A stretch of 64,000 nt of DNA, from contig JBLDXI010000015.1 in the NCBI GenBank assembly GCA_047495785.1, positions 806,001 to 870,000 on the forward strand, read 5' to 3'. This stretch comes from Lepidodermella squamata. Lineage: Eukaryota; Animalia; Gastrotricha. A program made the translations under genes and the position numbers. Positions 26,276-39,700 of the stretch are shown one piece after another. Below the pieces are notes generated by a model. That model searched no databases. It was not told where the DNA came from and worked only from the letters and a program-made list of their open reading frames with translations. The stretch's first letter is position 1, and every line of letters starts with the position of its first letter.

Positions 26276-29200
26276 TCACATGATTTCGTTGTCGCCTACG
26301 ATCGAGTCGACAACCTCGACGACGCCGCCGTCGACGATCGTCATGCCCGGCGAGCCTGGGTCGTCGTACACCAAATCCTGGCTCGTCGAATGGCTCGACT
26401 TGCGGCCGCCTTTCTTGAGGTTGCTGCCACTACTACTACTCACGAGGCCATTGCTGTTGCTGCAATTTCGCTTCTGGTGCCGTTTCACACCGGAACTGGA
26501 CGAGAAGAGCCGGCCGCACGCGTCACACGTGAATGATTTTTTGCCGTGTGGATTAGACGAGGTGGATAGCAGTGACGAAGTAGCGGCATTTTGGTGGCTC
26601 AGTACAACATGATGCAGCGACGATGAGTTAGAGTTGCTCGTGCAGGCATTTGCGTTTTGGTGGAGGTGGCTGTGGTTGTGGTTGTGGCTGTTGTGGTGAT
26701 GACTCATCGGTTGATGCCCACGTTCATAGTGCTGCTGCTGGTGTTGTTTAGCGGCGTGGTCACGTAGTAGCTCAATGTCTAAGAACTGCTTGCCGCATGC
26801 TTGGCATTGGTATGCTGTCATATAAAAATTACAAAATTACACAAAGGGAATTTAAAAAATTTTAAATGTAAAAAAAATAATGAAATGATGAGGAATTTTC
26901 GAAAATCCTGTTCAAATTTTTGGCCTGAAAAAATAAAAACTTGAAGATCCAATCTAAAATCCGGGAAACTTCCATCATAAAATCTGCTCATCCTTTCGAC
27001 GATGCTATTTTTCTCACGGGAAAATGGCTTGAAAAAATATTTTTTTGAATTGCCAGTTCGGTAGTAGAGTCACGATTTTTAAAAGGGTCATTTGAAAAAC
27101 ACTTAAAACCACAGCGCAACACAAAACACCAATTTGCAGCAGGATAAAATTGCAACAAATAACTTATTTCTGTAACTTTTAAGTTCGATATAACAAGAAG
27201 AATAGGATAGGGGCAGTTTTTTACGCTCAATCCGAATATGAAAATCGAAAGGGACGATTTTCAATTTTTACCCGGATAGTACCCGGTTTTACCCGGTTTT
27301 TACCCGGTTTACCCGGTACCAACGTCCCTGACATTCAAACAATTACCACGGTCGTATTCCGCGCCCCCGATAACATCTATTGGTATGCCTGAATTTTACT
27401 TGTTTCACTAATGCCAAAAACAAGGTCGTGTGTTGCAAAAATGTGTGCTGCAAAATATTAAATTTTGTGTTGCACTTTGGTTATTTCTGTTACGCTGTGG
27501 TGGTGAGCCTTTGAAAAAATTAGTTTCCACGTTTATTTTCAGTGTATTTTTGTTTTCCGATTTTAAAAAAATTACAAAAAATCTAGTAATCTTATGGAAA
27601 TCCTATTGTCTAATTCCAGCCGCGTTATTTTGCGAAAAGGGATTCAATCTGATTTCCCGCGGAACCGTAAATAACGGGGAATCGAGGTTTTACTGAATCC
27701 TTTTGGGTCTTCCTGTTACCGGAACCAAATTTATGGTGAGCGGAACCTAATTTGGGGTTAGCGGAACCAATTTTGGAATTTTCTTGTGGCCTGAAATCCC
27801 TTTTCGGATATTTTTCGCGGGTCAACATTGACCGCAATAATTCTAAAAAAAAGTCACCAGTAAATTCAGCGTAAAGTCCTCTATAAGACAGGATGTTCGA
27901 TTCAGAACTCATTATGCGCCTAAAATTCGTAGAATTATTCAAAAAATGATTATTCAAAAAATGACGTAGAATTCGACTATGGTTCCGCAAAATGCAAATT
28001 TGGTTCCGCTCACCGTAAACTTGGTTCCGTTAAAAGATATTCTAAATCTTTTCCGTAATTTTCATCACAAAGTCTGATCATCTCTCTGTAAATATAGCCT
28101 AATTATGAATTTTAATTAAAAAACCAAAGACTAATAGAAAACATATATTTTCCTGAAAGTATTCCCCTTAGAGATTAGCGCTTGGTGTCAAGTTTTTGGT
28201 GCAAATACTGCCAAAATGTATCTTAATTTTTGATAATTTATCATAAAATTCCGAAAATTTGCTGTCGGATCAATTCTGCAACAAGCGACTATACGCTAAA
28301 ATTAGAACCTCCAATATTTTCCAACAATTTATCCAACACGCCATGCTAGAATAAATATAAATTTTCTCTGACGAAATTTGAAAAAAATGCCGCCAATTTG
28401 ACGTTTAATTTATATTTTTGGTATTCAAAGTGTAAATACCGTGTTGAGTGTTGTGCCGATCGACCATGCTCGGCTGCAGTTGCATCTGATGGCCGTGTTC
28501 CTGCTGTAAATATTGATGCTGCTGTTGATGTTGCTGCTGCTGCTGCAACATCAACTCTTCCTCGTCCTCGTGCTTCTTCGACTCGTGCTGCCGGTAGTGC
28601 CGGTAGAGATCATTCGACTGCGGGAAGGCACTGCCGCACAGCGGGCACTCGTACGCTCTCTGAACAAATTATTGAAAAAAATTAAAAAAATATATCAATT
28701 AATTTTGTTGTCGTAATTTTCGTACCTGGCCAGCATGTTGCACTCGCATGTGGGTATCAAGACCACCGGCTTGCAGAAACGTCTTCTGGCATATGTTACA
28801 CCGGTGACGAACGTTTGAATGTGCCTTAAATAAAATTCAGTTTATTCGTTTTTTTCGTTCAATTTTCGTTCAATTTAAATCCAAAATTTCGGTAATTTTT
28901 CAACATTTTCCAATCAGGTGAGAAACTTCAGGAAAAACTCGTAACGTAAGGATGGATGAACGGAGTGAGCACGCTACATTAAGGTTTCAGTGCTAGTTTT
29001 CCACCAATTACAGTTTTTCGACTATCTAAGCGTCCTTTGAATGTCAATTTTTTAAATAGATTAACAGAGCTCAGATCTCACTGTTACATTCAATTATTTT
29101 TTTCGTGTTCATGATTTCAATTATCGAAAATCTGAAAAAATTTTACAAATCAGTGAAAAGGATTGCACAATCCAGCTAAAATAAAAATCCATAATTTCAC

Positions 29201-29718
29201 CAAAAAATTCTCTTTCAAATTTTACGATCGATTAAAAATTCAAAATTACCTTTTAAAATTTTTCGAGTTAACTTCAGTTATTTTCAGTCCGGTCAATTTA
29301 AAAAAATGACTTTGGTGCCAACTTTTAACGCTAATAGATGTTCAACCTTGACAAACTGCCCCCTCACTTCAGCCCCTGGAAATATTGTTGTTGTTCTTCA
29401 CAACAATGAAAATTATTCTAACGGCTCAATACAAGCCAAAACACGTGACGAGCTGTGACGGCTGGCTGTTCAGTGTGAAAAAACTTAATGCTAAGTAAAT
29501 ATGTAGGCATGACCCACGCGTTCACCCAGTATTTTTAGAAAATGAGAAAAACTTGTGATGAATTTGAAAAGGCTTACTTTTCGCCGGTGCCAATACAAAG
29601 CTGACGGTTTATCGTATTCGAGGCCGCAAATTCGGCAGGTAAACGTTAGCGGGCCCGTGCGAATAGTGGCGCCGGCGCTTGGTTCATTCGTTATCTCATT
29701 CACTTTAACATCGTCCAT
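26276..29718 (-). CDS. C2H2 zinc-finger protein with dispersed fingers and Q/H-rich tracts, 4 exons
   Basis: Exons 29718-29578, 28824-28726, 28659-28440, 26814-26276. Fingers FTCRICG, HRCNICQ, YECPLCG, YQCQACG and FTCDACG. Confidence 0.8.
27717..28032. mobile_element. Intronic MITE-like element with repeated cggaacc termini
   Basis: Left cggaaccaaatttatggtgagcggaacc and right ggttccgctcaccgtaaacttggttccg are inverted repeats of each other. Confidence 0.55.
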
Positions 29719-30125
29719 TCACAAAAAATGGCGATATTACAATTAAATTAGCATAAATTCCCTAGATAAAAAAATTAGAAATAAAGTATTAAACTGCAGA
29801 GAAATGCATTGAAAAAAACATTAAATTCTAGGAAAAATTTAAAAAATGTCTCTTCATTCAAACTTTTTTTCAATTCCAACAAATATGATCTTGCCTTGTC
29901 GATTTTCGCACGCAATCCGTAAAAAATTGAGCCATCTATAAAAAATCCTAGAAAAGGGATTGATTTTCAAAATATTTTTGATTGAAAATCATGAACACAA
30001 AATTGCGTATTAAAAGCAATTTTGGAATTAAGTTCATTTATTGGAATTAAGCATCAAGAAAAAAATTGTAAATATATTATTTAAGTGCAAGGCATCGTCA
30101 TAGTAACCGTTTTATATCACCAATG

Positions 30126-31019
30126 TCACTGCCTTTTGTTTTTCCGATTCAAAAACGCACCAATTGCATTTGAAACTTCAACCGACTGCCAGCGGTTACC
30201 CATCGCCTCCATTTCCTCCGAAATCGCCCGCTTCAATTCGTCCTTATTGCGACCTCTGATCACTTGTTTGATCACTTTAACGGCATTTGGCGGGAATTTC
30301 GCGATTTCCCCCGCGATTTTCGCGCATTCCTCATCGAAATTAGCACCAGATTTGATAATTCGATTTACCAGCCCGAATTGCAGCGCTTCTTGCGCGGTTA
30401 ATTTCCGCCCGAATAGCAGCAAATCGTTAGCTATTTGCGGCCCGAAAAGCAGCGGAAATGTATAACTCGACCCGGCCTCAGCCACGAAACCAATCGAGCT
30501 GAACGGGGCCGTGAAAAACGCGTTTTCCACCGAAATCACGTGATCGCAATGGGCTAAAGCGGTCAGTCCTATGCCAATCCCTGGTCCGTTGATACAGGCA
30601 ACGATTGGGATAGGGCAGTCGATGAACGATTCGACAAGAAATCGAACATCGCTCGCAATTTTCGCGCAGCTTTTTTCACGAATTTTCGGGTCGGTTTCCG
30701 GTTTTAGGCAGTAGGATTTTTCGGCAAAGTCTTGCAGGTCGAGGCCAGAGCAGAAAACGTCGCCGGATTGCGACCAGAGAACGACCCGCGTTGACGAATC
30801 AGCCGCGGCTTGCCGGATTTTCTCGCCCAATTCGCGCATCATTGCGAACGTGACAGCGTTTTTTCGCTTCTCATTTTCGATTCTGACTCTCGTGACGCCC
30901 GGGTATTTTTCTAATTTTGTCAGCGAGATTGAACTCGGCGTTGCTTTAGACGAGGAGAAAGCACGCGATGATACAACTGCTAGGCGATTGAATCTCGTCG
31001 CCAATGATGAAATAATCAT
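30126..31019 (-). CDS. Enoyl-CoA delta isomerase 2-like crotonase, paralog 1, intronless, predicted mitochondrial
   Basis: Motifs FCSGLDL, IVACINGPGIGIG, FTAPFSSIG..AEAGSSYTFP and GRKLTAQEAL. N-terminus is Arg/Ser-rich, like a mitochondrial presequence. Confidence 0.9.
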   Translation of the reverse strand: MIISSLATRFNRLAVVSSRAFSSSKATPSSISLTKLEKYPGVTRVRIENEKRKNAVTFAMMRELGEKIRQAAADSSTRVVLWSQSGDVFCSGLDLQDFAEKSYCLKPETDPKIREKSCAKIASDVRFLVESFIDCPIPIVACINGPGIGIGLTALAHCDHVISVENAFFTAPFSSIGFVAEAGSSYTFPLLFGPQIANDLLLFGRKLTAQEALQFGLVNRIIKSGANFDEECAKIAGEIAKFPPNAVKVIKQVIRGRNKDELKRAISEEMEAMGNRWQSVEVSNAIGAFLNRKNKRQ

Positions 31020-32066
31020 GACTTAAAAACCTTGAAGGCGAGATGAAAATTTAATTCCTCTCCAAGTAAAAATGTTGAAATTTCTTGAATAAATTTTCTC
31101 GAATTAGGCTATTCCCAGCATCAAACTTTCAGTGGATTCCGAATTTCCAGATGTGCAAGTAAGATCGACTGAGAGTGAAGAAATTACCGTTGACAATTAG
31201 AAAGAGGGGTTTCGACATTTTTCACATCATGAGATTTTGTTGCTGCTTTCAAGATCAAAGAAAGATGAGTCGAACGACGTTAAAAAGAGGTCGATAGTCA
31301 TTAGGATTGCTGAGAATCTGGGCTTTAAAATCAACATCGGAAATGCACATTTCGGAAAAAGATTGCCAACAAATTTGAATTTTTTTCGCATCAATTAATA
31401 GCTCTTGAGTCTTTTAAGGAGGTTTACAGGTCGCTAGAGGTCGGAAATTTCAAAATTTTGAAATCCTCAAGGCTCAAGAACAACTGAATAGGTAAGTAAA
31501 TGTTGGAAGAATAGTCCTTGTTCAAGTCGAACACAATTTTCGCGATTGGTTTAAAAAATACAGAAAATTCGCGAAAACTCACTCTTCACTTGTTAACGGT
31601 AAAAAACATCAAGGTTTCAAATCGTTAGCTTTCACATCAATTTTTCGGAGCTTGAATGTTGGTAATTGAGACTTCCAATTCCAGGAACCATATTTCAGCT
31701 AAAATTGATTGCGATTTTTTTGCACCACGTTATCTCATTGTTATGAAAACTTCACTACTAAGAGGCTTAATACATTTTTACATACCTAAACGCGATGTTA
31801 AGCATGTAAGAATAGCAAGAAAAAATTATTAGTAAGAAAAGCTATTTAACAGCAGCTCACTTCAATCTAAGAAAAAATTCCCGCAAGAACTGAGCACCTT
31901 AATCAACGTTTTCAATCGAGAAGTGAAAGATATCGTTATACAGCCACAAACAGACATTAATCGAGCGAAAAAAAATTTGGAAAATTCAGAAAATCAAAAA
32001 GATTTATTTAATATTGAGATATTAATAACTATCAGAGTGAAAGACTATAGTTACTGTTAATAGATA

Positions 32067-32951
32067 CTATTTCGGCTTGTTTTTGCGATCGAAAAACGAG
32101 CCCATCGCCACGGAGACTTCACGCGAGTTCCACCGCTGCCTCATCGCCACCATTTCTTCAGCAATAACCCGCTTTATTTCCGCCTTATCCCGGCCGCGAA
32201 TAACTTGTTTAATCACTTTAACGGCATTTGGCGGGAATTTCGCAATTTCCCCAGCAATTTTCGCACATTCTTCATCGAAATTTGCGCCGGATTTGAAAAT
32301 TCGATTTACCAACCCGAATTTCAGCGCTTCATCCGCGGTTAATTTCCGCCCGAATAGCAACAAATCGTTGGCGAGTTGCGGCCCGAAAATTTGCGGGAAT
32401 AAATAACTCGACGCGGCTTCAACTACAAAAGCGTTGTAGCTGAACGGGGCGAGGAAAAACGCGTTTTCCACCGAAATCACGTGGTCACAGTGGGCCAGGG
32501 CGGTCAGGCCTACGCCTATCGCTGGTCCGTTTATGCAGGCCACAACTGGGACGGGGCAGTCGATGAACGATTCGATGAGATAGCCGAGACAGCGGATGCT
32601 TTCAACGCTGTTTTCGTCGCGAATTTTCGGGTCGATATCAGGCTGCAGGCAGTGGGATTTTTCGACGAAATCTTGCAGGTCGAGGCCGGAGCAGAACATT
32701 TGACCGGTTTGAGACCAGAGAATTACGCGCGTTGACGAATCAGCCGCGGCCGCGCGGATTTTGTCGCCCAATTCGCGCATCATTGCGAATGTTAGCGCGT
32801 TTTTTCGCTTCTCATTTTCGATTCGGACTCTCGTGACGCCGGGGTAGTTCTCCAATTTTGTCAAAGAAATCGAATTCGCGTTCAATTTTGAGGAGGATAA
32901 GGATCGCGACGCCACCAGGCGGCAGAATCTCACTCGATTCAAAGCAAACAT
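32067..32951 (-). CDS. Enoyl-CoA delta isomerase 2-like crotonase, paralog 2, intronless
   Basis: Tandem paralog of 30126-31019 with the same motifs and long identical stretches. Confidence 0.9.
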   Translation of the reverse strand: MFALNRVRFCRLVASRSLSSSKLNANSISLTKLENYPGVTRVRIENEKRKNALTFAMMRELGDKIRAAAADSSTRVILWSQTGQMFCSGLDLQDFVEKSHCLQPDIDPKIRDENSVESIRCLGYLIESFIDCPVPVVACINGPAIGVGLTALAHCDHVISVENAFFLAPFSYNAFVVEAASSYLFPQIFGPQLANDLLLFGRKLTADEALKFGLVNRIFKSGANFDEECAKIAGEIAKFPPNAVKVIKQVIRGRDKAEIKRVIAEEMVAMRQRWNSREVSVAMGSFFDRKNKPK

Positions 32952-33765
32952 TGAAATTAAAAATCTTTAAGAAATCAGAAAAAAATAATTAAATTTTTGA
33001 TGAATTCAAATTCGAATAAAGGTATTAAATATTGCGTAGAAGATCCAGTCAAATTTTAGACAGAATTCGACTATTTTTCACACAATTATGGGACATACTA
33101 TTCCTCCTTTTTGTGAAAAATTTATCTGAGAGAACAATCGAAAAGCACACCTAACCCTAACCCTGACGCTTAAAAATCGGCTTGTAGCATATTCATCAAA
33201 TGACCATTTTTGAGAAATACTTTTGCAGACCGAATCCCTTTTTTACGCCCGCTTTGACTGATGTGACAGCCATTTTTTCATTCAAGGTGGATTCAAGGCG
33301 TGGCCAATAATTTTCAAGTGTAATTGTCTGTATATTTTTCCATTTTCATTTCTCACAGCAACGACTCCTAGGTGATTTTTTAATAAGAATTTCTCTAGGT
33401 CAAATATCCAAAACTTGTCAAATATCTCAGCTGCCCCGTAATAAAATGGCTCGTTTAATTTTTAACTGATGATGGCAATAAAAATGCTAGCTTCGCCTAA
33501 TTTCTTAACACGTTAAATTCTCCTCAACGTTAGTACATAAAGAAACGCGCGAAATACCTATACATTAGCAAGAACAATTTAATATGAACTAATAATGTTT
33601 ACCAAAAAATCCTCCAACTCTAACAGCAAGTCGAGACATGCAAAAAAACAACCGGCTTTATTCAATCAATTTTGAGCTAATTTCAATTGATTTCAAAACC
33701 GAAATATTACAGCAACAACAATACAGCAGATTCATTCCAAATAAAATTGCACATATTTTTTCGTA

Positions 33766-36700
33766 TCACACTCTCGACGCAACCGAAGTATCGAGCAGCA
33801 ACAACGCACTGGCATTTTTCACGGCCGCAGCACTCTGCGCCGATTGCTCAACATTTCGCCTCGCAAAACACGAAAATTTCGACCTCAAATCGTATTTTTC
33901 GTAAATAAACGACAACAACGGAATCGATAAACAAGAAATTGAAACAACCAAAATTCGATGTGGGAAATTGTCAGGGTACGGCAGTAATTTCGGCAGATTA
34001 ACGCCCGGCTCGCCGGCGGAGAATCGTGCGAAAACCGCGAAAATAAACGTCGCAATTGAGCCGAAAAAATTCGCATATTTCGAAAATAACGCAACAGTCA
34101 ATTGGGGTAAAACTAGGCAAAACACTAAATCAGCAGCTAGGGCGAACATTGCGTAGACCGATGACGTTAGCACGGCGAGTAACGTCGCTAAAAATCCGAT
34201 AACAACAACAGAAATTCGCTGAACCCACAACAGCTCGCTTTCACTGGATTGCGGCCGGAATAGCGGTTTATAAATGTTGAAAGTAAACATGGAACTAGAG
34301 CCTAAAATCGCAGAATCCATCGATGAAAACACGCCGGCGGCTATTGCGGCCAGCCCGGCCACCGCTGCCCAGTTTGAATTTGTTAAATACCGGAATGAAA
34401 ACGGCAAAATGAGGCTAGAGTCATGAATTGGGTCTAAATTTCGGCCTAACTCTGTCGCGTTAAAATTGGCGTTTTTCGCCGCTAGGCCGACAATAGCTGG
34501 CGGGATGGCGACTATTAGCGCGGAAATTCCGCCGAAAAATGACAGTAATTGAGCGTGAAGTGGGGTTTTAGCGGATAAAACTCGTTGGAAATACGCCTGC
34601 CACGGGATTGAGCCTAACGACATAGCTACGGCTAAGTCAAGCCATGATAACCAATTTTGTGAATTTAAATCACCCATCCAGTTGATTTCCGTCGAGTTGC
34701 TCTGCGTGAATAGCGGCACGGCCGGGTCGGTGATCATCAGGCCGAATCCGAGCCATAGTCCGACGAGGATAGTGAACATTTGAAGGACGTCCGTGTACGC
34801 GACGGCTAGCATTTGTCCGAAAAATGTGTAGATCACAGTTAGCAGGGCGGAGCATGGAATGGCGATTTCGCGAGATACGTCCAGTAACACTTCCAGAGTC
34901 GTTCCTAAAATAAAATATAGAAAAATTGAATTTAGACGAAAATGCACAATTACATAAGTAGATTGAATTCTAGCACTTGAATGCTTCTCTATATATGCCT
35001 TAAAAAATTGAATTTTCCTCATAGTGTTTTTCAATTCTTTCATTAAATTATTTTTTACTTTCATAAGATATAAATCACAATTCTCGGAATCTATTGGAGA
35101 TTTTTCCAACTTTTGCTTTCAGTTTCTTATGGCCTCCCCGGCTCCTCTAAATTCCGAGACAAGGAATACGTCCAATAACGCGTCATCGAACCCTACGGCT
35201 GCCAACCGGAAAGGCTCGAATCCCGGAAGACCGAATAAGTCTTCCCGCGCCCGTGCCCCCAAACCAACATGGGGAGATCGAGTCGAAGCCTCTGATATTA
35301 ACAGTAGCAAGACCTGCAGCATATTCACCCGCGGACCCGGATTATCGGAGGTGTCAAAAACCTTCGTCCCCGGAGCCTATCCTGAGCTAACAAAGCTTGG
35401 CTTAGGTGAGCCTCTCATTGAAGAGTGGTTCTGTCCAGACATCATGACTCAGGTGAACACCTCGCTGCTGTGCATCACCCGGTCCTCGTCGTGGAATAAT
35501 GCTGTTTACTATAGTGAGCAGATACACGGCCAAGGTCAAGGTGAGTTCGTAGTACGAATCAATGCTATGATAGCATTGGCTCTTGCACAGCGCATCTCGC
35601 TATTCAGTTTCTCTATTCTTCCACATTCTCAAACATTACGTCACCACTTTTTAGGCGGTAATACGTTGGTTCGCTGATTGGTTCATTCGAATGCGACGCG
35701 GGCGATTCAAACGGGCGATTTTTCTGAGATTGTCAACGCTTTTACTCCATTTTGTGCTATTTTTCACCCAATCCCGCGCGACCTTGCCAGAAAAACTAGA
35801 TTTTCATGAAAAAAAAATGCTCGTTTGAATTGAACGCGCCGCACTCGAATGAACATTTTCAACAATCTCGCATTTGAGCCATCTTCAAGTGATTAAGCGA
35901 TTCGCCCGCAATCCTGAGCTTGTACTCTATAGACTCCCCTAATATTTTTTTCTCCCTGATAAATTATGCTGCCTTCGAATTTTGGGACATGCTCTGAGAT
36001 GACAAAGCTCAATTGAATAAATAACCGATTTATCACTTCGTTATTCTATAAAATTCTCCAAGTAAGAGTCACGAATTTGTCTCTACACGTTCATCTTTTT
36101 GCTTAAAATAATATTTTGTTAGGCCAAAATCGGACCTGGCGGAAATTATCGGGACAGTGGCGAAAATCCACGAGCGCTGAATTCTCAGGCCTCTTTTGGG
36201 TCTCTTCCTAGTCTACTACATTCTGCCCGCCTTGGCCTTCAGCGTTCAGAAGACGAACTGGACGGTGAGTTTTCGTTATTAGTCCCGAAGGTCAAATCAT
36301 CGAGCTAACAACGCTCGTCAAGGCCGTCCCGGAATCAAGTTCCCATACCTTTTTCTGTTCTTCATCTCGCACGTTATCTCTTCTCATTATTCAATTCACC
36401 GTAAATACCGAATTAAACACAAGACTTGCTTAAACCAACTGGGAACGTGCCAAAGGACACTTTGTTCATTGTATGAACAATAAAAAACGGCGCTTCCATC
36501 AACGTTGGCTAAAAAGACCTTGTGCGACTTCGAGGACTTCCGAAGAGAGGCCTCCGAGTTTGATCGGAAGACCCTGAACCAGGTTTTCTATCAGGCTAAA
36601 CAGGAAAAGGGTGCTGCTCAGTGGCCCTCACCGGGATCAGGTTCGCGGCGGACTCCTGGCCGACCTGCGCCATGCCGTGGGCCGAGGCTGACTTTTAATG

Positions 36701-39700
36701 AAATCGCCGGCTTGCATTTAGGCCTTCCATTCGCCCAGTTTATGGAAGCGCAGTCGCGACGACAAATCCTAGCAAACACGCCGCTAAATCTACGACAAAA
36801 ACCGGCAGCAGATCGACGCTTCGATCCTGCACAGTCGAGATACCGCCCCGCCAAAATCTAAGGCCCGCCTCATCACTTCGCTGCATTCATCTCTGAGGAA
36901 TAACTTACTTCAAGAAGCAGCACAGGAAAATTGCTCTAGCAAACTTTTATGATACGCTGCTGGTTCACCACCCCGTGCTCCCAGGCGTTGTCGATCGTCG
37001 CTGATCATCGCGGTAATCATGGGTGAGTAAAAATAATAACAATTTCGGAAACACTCATACGGGCGATTTGTTTTGGCAATTTTATTTGCATTTAATTTTT
37101 TTTTCAAGAACCTGTCGATTACAGCTCGAATGCGGAAGTCACACGGCTTTGGTGAGCGGCGATAGCAACTATCTGAAACCCCGACTCGGCAAGCTGTCGG
37201 CCCAGCTTAACCTCGAACAAACCCGGCCATGCCTCAGTCTCTCGAAATCGATGTTTGTCGCTCAAGTTTCGAGTCTCTCTGCAAGTGAGCCGGCGAAAAC
37301 TATCGCGATATATACTTTCAAGCGTAAGCAGTGAGACGGACTGTGGTAGAATGCTAGATGGTTATTGAATCTCGATTTTGACTAGTTTTGTCTCATTTCA
37401 ACTTCGGGTGATGAGTATGTTATATTAGAATCTCAATTTCGACTATATAAAGTCTATTGCGATCAACGCTGAATTTCATTTTTTCAAAATATAATATAAA
37501 AAATTCAAAATTAATCAAGAAAAATTGAAATTTCGAACCATTTTTAAATTAAAGCCCACTGTAGTCTAGATGGCTAGGCCAGTTACAATTTCGACCTGTG
37601 TGGGAAAACCGGAATAGGCCTAATTCTGGCCTCGACTCTCCCGCCTGGGCTCCCTCTTAGAAGCGATAGGGGAGATGAGCCAGTCAATGATGAATTTGCA
37701 TGGCGGTTCGGTAATCTGTTTGGTGAAAGGCTTCTTTCTTATGCTGCCCACCAGACCAAGCACTTTGGTATTTTCCTGCTGAGACACGGACTCATTTCCG
37801 GCTACGATGAATTCGGCCTAGAGAGCTATTATGGCCGCCTTGCTCTGGAACCAACCACCCACTGGACCAGCATTGATTGAGGAGAAGTTGCGATGTGGGA
37901 ACCACAGCTTTTCCGACCCAGATGTAGCGGCTCGCGTCTTCCAGTCGTTGGATGCTAGGCCACTCCACAGGTCTGGAGAATCGCAATATTTGTCGTCTGC
38001 TTTTAGCAAGGGTTTTTTAGTTAATAAGACGCTCCATATGAAGCGTGATGCCGGGCTAGTAGAACCTCCAGAGGACGTCTATCGAAAAATGTGTTGCCCT
38101 TATGGCCTTTGAACGCCACCTGGACCCCCATATTTTTCCTGATACAGATGCCAATGCCTCGAGTGTCCTTTATGAGGATGCGTTTTAAAGTTTTTCCCCG
38201 CAATTTTCTGAACTGAACGGTGGCGAGATGTAAGGGGCTTCAAATTGCTAATCAATAATCAACAAATCTTTCAAGAATCTTTCATATCCTCAAATGGGCC
38301 TACTGTGTATATGTTAGGCTATTATTGGAATATTGCACAACTGTAAGGTCACCCTGTCTGAAAACAATAATTGATCTTATTGAGAAAGTACAAGCGAATT
38401 TCACTCGCCGTGCTCTTGGATTCTCAACTATTAATTACTCTAGGCCGAATTATTTACAGCGCCTCAATATTCTGAATATTAAATCACTCGAAGAACGACG
38501 CCTTATCGCAGAATCCGTAAAATATCAGAGGCATCCAAGTATTACGACGTGACCCAACTGCAAAATAAGTTAGACTACTACTACAATTATTGCACATCCA
38601 TTTCAAAAAGCTTTGTCTCACTTCACCTACGGCTAATGAGTATGGTAAGTCAATTGTGTTCAACGCGAATTCGAAATTCTGTTTTTTAAGTATTGTTGTG
38701 ATTTCAGATTATTTTCAGAATTATTGAATTATTTTTTCAATTTTTATAGAATGAATTAATCGACGTAGTTAGAGCTTGAAACTAACCTAGAGCTGCTAGA
38801 ACGGAAGCTGACCATAAAACATCGCCGAAAAGACTGGCAAGAAACAGCAGGGCGACAGTTCTGGAGCCGTAACGCTCAGCCAACGGGTCCATCATCGTCA
38901 AATATTTGCGAGACCGCATCGCTTTCGCATAAATTATCCCACCTGAAATTCGAAAAATATTTAAAAAAAATGAGCGAAAATGCGAAAAATGCGAGAATTT
39001 TAGAACAAAAGTAAAAAATCATCAATGTTTTTCTCAAAACGCAACAACCCTAAATGACAAAACCTAAGGAACAAGAATTAATATAAATTTCTTCAATTTT
39101 CACAGATTATTGTTATTATGCGAAAAACGGACACAAAATCGTTTCAACGCATTTTATTTGGACCGAAAAAGCTTGAAGTCATCCCCCATAGTGAAAATTT
39201 CTTCTCCATCTGTGACTGCGACGACGGGGAGTGAAAGCAAACTCTGAAAATGCAAGCTTTTGGATTGGATCATCATCGTAAAATAGACAAATCTGCCTGT
39301 TAACTCAGTTAGTCCTAAATAATAACCATGTAATAACTCAGCATTCCAGCCGTCCCGTAAGAATTGGTGTTTACAATGGAATTTCGTATCAGGGTTGCAT
39401 TAATTTTCACTCCCCGTTAACTAGAAGATTTATGAGTAATCCCCTAGCTCGATGTCACTTGGTTCTTCAATTCCTCTTTATTTGCTTAGTCTTGCTCATT
39501 TCTCGAGCAGACAGCGGATCGTGTCCTTCTTCTCAAGCTCCTGGTGCCTACAAACATTATTTGCTCTGCTGACCGGATGTTATGGAAGAAATATCGGCAG
39601 GTAAAATATCTGTTAGTCTAAGGAGGATTGATCGGTTCCTTACTGTTGAAATGAAGCTATCAATCGGGTGAAGCCGCCGTTGTAGCTCCCTTCAAGCCGT

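Noticed and set aside
33151-33164. CTAACCCTAACCCT telomere-like sequence
   Set aside because: Only about two units; too short to call an interstitial telomere.
34905-35109. N-terminal extension of ORF 33766..35109
   Set aside because: It is AT-rich intron read-through; the true exon starts at the acceptor at 34904.
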